In this document: piece by piece, positions 59,559 through 64,000 of the stretch
How positions within the stretch are numbered: the first letter of the stretch is position 1
How the letters are laid out: every line of letters begins with the position of its first letter
Assembly: GCA_963835065.1 (NCBI GenBank)
Contig: CAWIEK010000044.1
Span: 384,001 to 448,000, forward strand
Source of the DNA: an uncultured Chthonomonadaceae bacterium
GTDB taxonomy: Bacteria; Armatimonadota; Chthonomonadetes; Chthonomonadales; Chthonomonadaceae
Reading direction: 5' to 3'
DNA: 64,000 nucleotides
Program-made: the position numbers and the translations under genes
The notes under the pieces: model-generated
What the model was told of the DNA's origin: nothing
Seen by the model: the letters and a program-made list of their open reading frames with translations, nothing else
Database searches by the model: none

Positions 59559-62471
59559 CTATGCGGCTGGCAACAGTGGTTTGAGGAAGCGGCCTGTGTG
59601 TGAGCGGGGGTTGGCGGCGACTTGTTCGGGTGTGCCTTCGGCGACGATTTCGCCGCCTTTGTTGCCGCCTTCGGGTCCCAGGTCTATGATCCAGTCCGCC
59701 GTTTTAATCACGTCCAAATGGTGTTCGATGACCAGAACCGTGTTGCCCGCCTGCAACAGCCTGTCCAGACTGTCGAGCAGGCGCTGAATGTCGGCAAGGT
59801 GCAGGCCCGTTGTCGGCTCGTCCAGAATGTACAGATTGCGCCCGCCCCGCTTGATCTTGCTCAGTTCGTTCGCCAGTTTCACGCGCTGCGCTTCGCCGCC
59901 CGAAAGCGTGGTTGCCGCCTGACCCAGCGTGATATAGCCCATGCCCAACTCGTTCAGGATGCCCAGTTTGTGCGCGATTAATTTCTGGTCGCGGAAGAAC
60001 GCCGCGCCCGCCTCGACGGACAACGCCAGAATGTCCGCAATGCTTTTGTCCCGAAATTTCACTTCCAGCGTGTCCTGATTGTACCGCGCGCCCTTGCAGG
60101 TCGGGCAGGGATTCTCCACTTCCGGCATGAAGTGCAGATTGACCGTGACAATGCCCTCACCCCCGCACTCCTCGCACCGCCCGCCCTTGACGTTGAACGA
60201 AAACCGGGAGGGCGTATAGCCCCGTGCCCGCGCTTCCTCGGTTTCGGCAAACAGGCGACGAATGTCGTCGTAAAAGCCGATGTACGTGGCCGGGTTGGAG
60301 CGCGGCGAGCGGCCAATGGGTGATTGGTCTATGTTAATCACATCGCTCAGATGCTCAATGCCCTCCATACCTTCATGCGCCCCGGAAAGAACGCGGCTGT
60401 CATGGAAATGGTTATACAATCGCTTGTACAAAATTTCGTTCACCAGCGTACTTTTGCCGCTTCCCGACGCGCCCGTGACGCACACGAACAGGCCGAGCGG
60501 AATCTGCGCGTCAATGTGTTTCAGGTTGTTCTCATGCGCCCCGCGTATCGTCAGGAATTTCGCGCCCACAGGCCGCCGCGCAGGGGGAACCGCAATCCGC
60601 TTGCACCCGCTCAAAAACTGCCCTGTCAGCGAATTGGGATTGGCGATAATATCCGCCGCCGCGCCCTGCGCCACCACTTCGCCGCCGTGTATGCCCGGCC
60701 CCGGCCCGATTTCGATGATGTAATCCGCCGCCCGTATGGTTTCCTCGTCATGCTCCACCACGATTACGGAATTGCCGATGTCGCGCAGGCGTTTGAGCGT
60801 GTTGATCATCTTCACGTTGTCTTTGGCGTGAAGGCCGATGCTTGGCTCGTCCAGCACGTACAGCATGCCCATCAATCCCGACCCGATCTGCGTGGACAGG
60901 CGAATCCGCTGCGACTCGCCGCCCGCAAGCGTAGACGCCCGCCGGTTCAGGTTCAGATATTCCAGTCCGATGCCGATCAGCAAATCCAGCCGCGTAACAA
61001 TTTCTTTTGCCACATGCCGCCCCGCCTGCTCCTGCCGCCCGCCAGCCGGCAAATTTGCCAGAAAGTCGCGCAGTTCGTCAAGCGGCAGCAGACCCAACTC
61101 GTGGATATTGCGCCCGTTCATCGTGACAAGCAGGCGCTGCGGCTTCAGTTTCGTGCCCTTGCAGTCCGGGCAGACGTGTTCCACCATCACCTTCTTGATG
61201 TACTCTTCTATCCACGTATTGGCGACTTTTTCCTTTTTGTAGCGCCGATACCGCCGCTCGATGTCGTTGATAACGCCGTTGTACCGAAACAGCTTGCCGA
61301 CGTGTTCTTCCCCTTTTGTCGCGCCCTCCGGCAATACCATTTCAAACTTCTCGCCCTTGCTGCCGTACAAAATCACGTCTACCGCGCCGGATGGCAATTC
61401 TCCAAACGGCGTGTCCAGCGAAAAGCCATAGTGCTGCGCGAGGCTGACCAGCAGCCGCGTCGCCCAGGCGTTCTTGTCGTAATGAAAAACTTCGTTGACG
61501 AACGCCCCGCCCCGTATACTGCGCTTCTTGTCGGGAACCAGCAAATCGGGATGGACTTTCATGTAAACGCCCAATCCCGAACACGTCACACACGCGCTGT
61601 CCGGCTCATTAAAGCCGAAGTAATAGGGCATCAATTCGCCCATTGTAATCGCGTGTTCCGGGCAGGAAAAAGGGGCGTCAGAGGAAAAAGGAGAAAGGAG
61701 AAAGGCAAAAGTCTCCGCACTTGCTGCTTTCTCCTTTTTACTTTTTACTTTCTCCTCTGAGATGCGAAAGCGTATGAACCCTTCACCGACCCGCAGCGCA
61801 TTGGCGAGGGAAATCAGCAGGCTCTTGTGAATGTCAGGCTTGATGTAAAAGCGATCTACAACCACGTCCATTTCATACGCGCGGCCTTCGTCCAAATCCA
61901 GATCGTCGCTGATGTCGCGCAGTTCGCCGTCAATGTAAATGCGCCGATAGCCTTTGCTGCGTATTTCGCCCCACAGATACGGGTAATCCTCGCCATAGAT
62001 TTTGAACACGGGCGCGCACAGTTCGATAGCGGTTCCAGGTGGCAGAGCCAGCAGACGCTCGGCGATTTGCTCCGGCGTCTTCACGGCCACTTCCTGCCCA
62101 CAGCGCGGACAATGCGCAATCCCCACTGTCGCGTACAAGATGCGCAGATAATCGTATAAATCCGTCATTGTCCCGATGGTAGAGCGCGGGTTCTTGCCAA
62201 TCGTCTTCTGCTCAATGGAAACGACGGGCGACAATCCGACAACCATATCCACATCCGGCTTCTTCAACTGCTCCACAAACCGCCGCGCAAACGTGGACAT
62301 GGCATCCAGAAACTTCCGCTGCCCCTCCGCATAAATCGTTTCAAACACCAGCGACGACTTGCCCGACCCGCTCAACCCCGTCACAACGACAAGTTGATCG
62401 CGGGGTATCTCCACGTCAATGTTCTTCAGGTTGTTCTCGCGCGCCCGCTTCACCGCAATCGTCTGTCGCAT
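59559..62471 (-). CDS. uvrA: Excinuclease ABC subunit A (UvrA family, possibly a secondary paralog)
   Basis: Two ABC ATPase modules ([16 protein letters not shown]), zinc fingers, [20 protein letters not shown] and LDEPTTGLH. Confidence 0.95.
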   Translation of the reverse strand: MRQTIAVKRARENNLKNIDVEIPRDQLVVVTGLSGSGKSSLVFETIYAEGQRKFLDAMSTFARRFVEQLKKPDVDMVVGLSPVVSIEQKTIGKNPRSTIGTMTDLYDYLRILYATVGIAHCPRCGQEVAVKTPEQIAERLLALPPGTAIELCAPVFKIYGEDYPYLWGEIRSKGYRRIYIDGELRDISDDLDLDEGRAYEMDVVVDRFYIKPDIHKSLLISLANALRVGEGFIRFRISEEKVKSKKEKAASAETFAFLLSPFSSDAPFSCPEHAITMGELMPYYFGFNEPDSACVTCSGLGVYMKVHPDLLVPDKKRSIRGGAFVNEVFHYDKNAWATRLLVSLAQHYGFSLDTPFGELPSGAVDVILYGSKGEKFEMVLPEGATKGEEHVGKLFRYNGVINDIERRYRRYKKEKVANTWIEEYIKKVMVEHVCPDCKGTKLKPQRLLVTMNGRNIHELGLLPLDELRDFLANLPAGGRQEQAGRHVAKEIVTRLDLLIGIGLEYLNLNRRASTLAGGESQRIRLSTQIGSGLMGMLYVLDEPSIGLHAKDNVKMINTLKRLRDIGNSVIVVEHDEETIRAADYIIEIGPGPGIHGGEVVAQGAAADIIANPNSLTGQFLSGCKRIAVPPARRPVGAKFLTIRGAHENNLKHIDAQIPLGLFVCVTGASGSGKSTLVNEILYKRLYNHFHDSRVLSGAHEGMEGIEHLSDVINIDQSPIGRSPRSNPATYIGFYDDIRRLFAETEEARARGYTPSRFSFNVKGGRCEECGGEGIVTVNLHFMPEVENPCPTCKGARYNQDTLEVKFRDKSIADILALSVEAGAAFFRDQKLIAHKLGILNELGMGYITLGQAATTLSGGEAQRVKLANELSKIKRGGRNLYILDEPTTGLHLADIQRLLDSLDRLLQAGNTVLVIEHHLDVIKTADWIIDLGPEGGNKGGEIVAEGTPEQVAANPRSHTGRFLKPLLPAA
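61679..61759. repeat. Heptamer palindrome in frame inside uvrA: (AAAGGAG)n ... (CTTTTTA/CTTTCTC)n
   Basis: Encodes [27 protein letters not shown]. Confidence 0.82.
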
Positions 62472-62493
62472 AAAACCTCCAATACGCAAATTC

Positions 62494-62714
62494 TCACCAC
62501 AGAGGCACAGAGACACAGAGGTTTCACAGAGGAAGGAAAAGAGAAGAAATAGACAGGATTAACAGAATTTTCAGGATTAAACAGGATTACTCAAGGAGAG
62601 AACACGCTTGTGGCTACTCCCACTTGTATCTTATATCTTGACCCTTGTATCTCTTATCTTCTCTTTCTCGTATTTCTCTGTGAAACCTCTGTGTCTCTGT
62701 GCCTCTGTGGTGAA
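62494..62714. repeat. Nested palindrome: outer CACAGAG nonamer arms enclosing (ACAGGATT) and (CTTGTAT) arrays
   Basis: caccacagaggcacagagacacagaggtttcacagag and its reverse complement at 62676-62712. Confidence 0.93.
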
Positions 62715-62718
62715 TATT

Positions 62719-64000
62719 TCACTTTTCTGCGTCGTAATAGTAGCCGGCTTCGTCCACGCTGATCTGGCTTTTTTCGGTCAGGCGGACGGGGCACGGCACT
62801 TTCTGCAAAATGCCTTTGTCGGCCAGCCATTCGTAGACGGTGGCAAGGGAGTGGATTTGGGTCTGCTTGGTAAAGTAAGCGTCAATGTCTGTTGTGGAGC
62901 GGACGCCGCCCTGATCGGCAAGATAAGAAAGGATGGGCTTGAACAGCGTGTGCAGGCGCTCGTCCAGATAGGCGTTGATTTTGCCTAATGCGGCTTCAAT
63001 GACGGCCTCGTCCTTTTTGCCGTGTATCAGGTCGAAGTACAGGGCGTTGAAGACAGCGGGGTTGTGCTTCAAGGCTTGGTGAATCACTTCCCGCGTGGTC
63101 ACTTCGCCGCGCTGAATCACTTCGATGGTCGCCAGATTGTTGACGCAGTACATGATCCACAGAAAACTATATGTCAGGTCTTGCTTGACATGAAACCATT
63201 TTTCGGCTTTGGCAAGGGTGTACAGAACGCCGTGCGCCTGCGCCAGAAGCTGCATCTCGATGTCGCGCTGCCCGACGCGAACGGGTTCCTGATACAAGTC
63301 GTGAATGGTGTCATCCGTCGTGTACAGCAGTGTGCTTTTGGAAAACCACGAGTGCGTAAACGAGCTTTGCAGCGAACCTTCCAGCAGGTGCTTGAACTTG
63401 CTGCGGGCGACCAGAACGACGTGAATGTTGATGCCGTTTTCGATCAGATTGAATTCTTTCACGGGAACGCGCTCGTTGCGCCCGATGAGAACCATGTCAA
63501 TGTCGGATTTCTCCCACACCTTGTCATACGCCAGGCTGCCGAACAAAATGGCGGCAATCACGTACCGATCCTGCTTGATCTTGTTCACAAACGATTCCAG
63601 CGCCTCGTTGTACAGCGCGACCGTGTTGGCAAAATGGGCGTCGCGGGAAGGGCGTTTTTCCTGCAGGGTATCGCGTACAAAGTCGAGCATTTTTTCCCTC
63701 AGCAGCTTGCGGGCGCAGAACAGGCGCTTTTTTACGGTGGTAAGCGGCAGTTCCAGAAAGGCGGCGATCTCGTTTTGGGAGTAATCGTTGATGTAGAACA
63801 GGGTAATCACCATACGCGCATTGGGCGGCAGGGACGCGATGGCAAGCTGGACCCGCGCTTTCTGCTCCGCCTGTTCTAACGCGGCCTGCGGTTCGGGCAG
63901 AAAGGACGGTACAAACTGCGCGGTTTCCAGGGAAATGGTGTCCACTTGCTTGCCGCGCGTCAGGCGATTGCATTGCGAAAGGACGATGCGCTTGAACCAG
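62719..64000 (-). CDS. ECF sigma-70 factor fused to a C-terminal nucleotidyltransferase-like domain (5' end outside the window)
   Basis: End of region 2 WFKRIVLSQCNR at the edge, region 4 LPPNARMVITLFY...SQNEIAAFLELPLTTVKKRL, then AAILFGSLAYD...KSDIDMVLI. Confidence 0.85.
   Translation of the reverse strand, partial: WFKRIVLSQCNRLTRGKQVDTISLETAQFVPSFLPEPQAALEQAEQKARVQLAIASLPPNARMVITLFYINDYSQNEIAAFLELPLTTVKKRLFCARKLLREKMLDFVRDTLQEKRPSRDAHFANTVALYNEALESFVNKIKQDRYVIAAILFGSLAYDKVWEKSDIDMVLIGRNERVPVKEFNLIENGINIHVVLVARSKFKHLLEGSLQSSFTHSWFSKSTLLYTTDDTIHDLYQEPVRVGQRDIEMQLLAQAHGVLYTLAKAEKWFHVKQDLTYSFLWIMYCVNNLATIEVIQRGEVTTREVIHQALKHNPAVFNALYFDLIHGKKDEAVIEAALGKINAYLDERLHTLFKPILSYLADQGGVRSTTDIDAYFTKQTQIHSLATVYEWLADKGILQKVPCPVRLTEKSQISVDEAGYYYDAEK

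Noticed and set aside
19215..62714. Tandem repeats as CRISPR arrays
   Set aside because: Units are 7-9 nt and contiguous, with no unique spacers of constant length and no cas genes.
1..64000. tRNA, rRNA, integrase, transposase or prophage genes
   Set aside because: None is recognisable by eye or in the ORF track. A tRNAscan/Rfam run would be needed to exclude small RNAs.

Overview
GC-rich bacterial chromosomal window. The gene repertoire and paralog families suggest an Armatimonadota/Chthonomonas-like organism, but that is inference only. The housekeeping and carbohydrate backbone comprises GH51, GH44, GH172, GH32, two GT4s, aroQ, hrcA-grpE-glmM, a dipeptide epimerase, recJ, wecB, an MsbA-like ABC transporter, an SDR, a HIT protein and uvrA. 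Accessory material is interleaved with it: (i) a recent, near-identical 3,725-bp tandem duplication of a TerY-P triad (vWA + PP2C phosphatase + membrane-anchored Ser/Thr kinase), plus a third mosaic remnant whose repeat brackets a HEPN-like two-gene module; (ii) an ATPase plus a decayed TPR gene; (iii) a decayed low-GC PIN/ATPase island between wecB and recJ; (iv) three paralogous membrane HEAT-like proteins sharing an LLR-LLR-LLR tail; (v) TA-like pairs and a Tlde1/DUF2778-like gene; (vi) an ECF sigma factor fused to a nucleotidyltransferase, upstream of uvrA. The most striking unexplained structure is a dense family (about 18 loci) of palindromes built from tandem 7-mers and some 8/9-mers. 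They use more than ten different unit sequences but share one architecture. They sit on stop/start junctions and are also inserted in frame inside three different enzymes (PP2C, LLM monooxygenase, UvrA). Several single-base frameshifts in conserved genes (recJ, wecB, GT4, GNAT) suggest consensus errors, so pseudogene calls need read-level checks.
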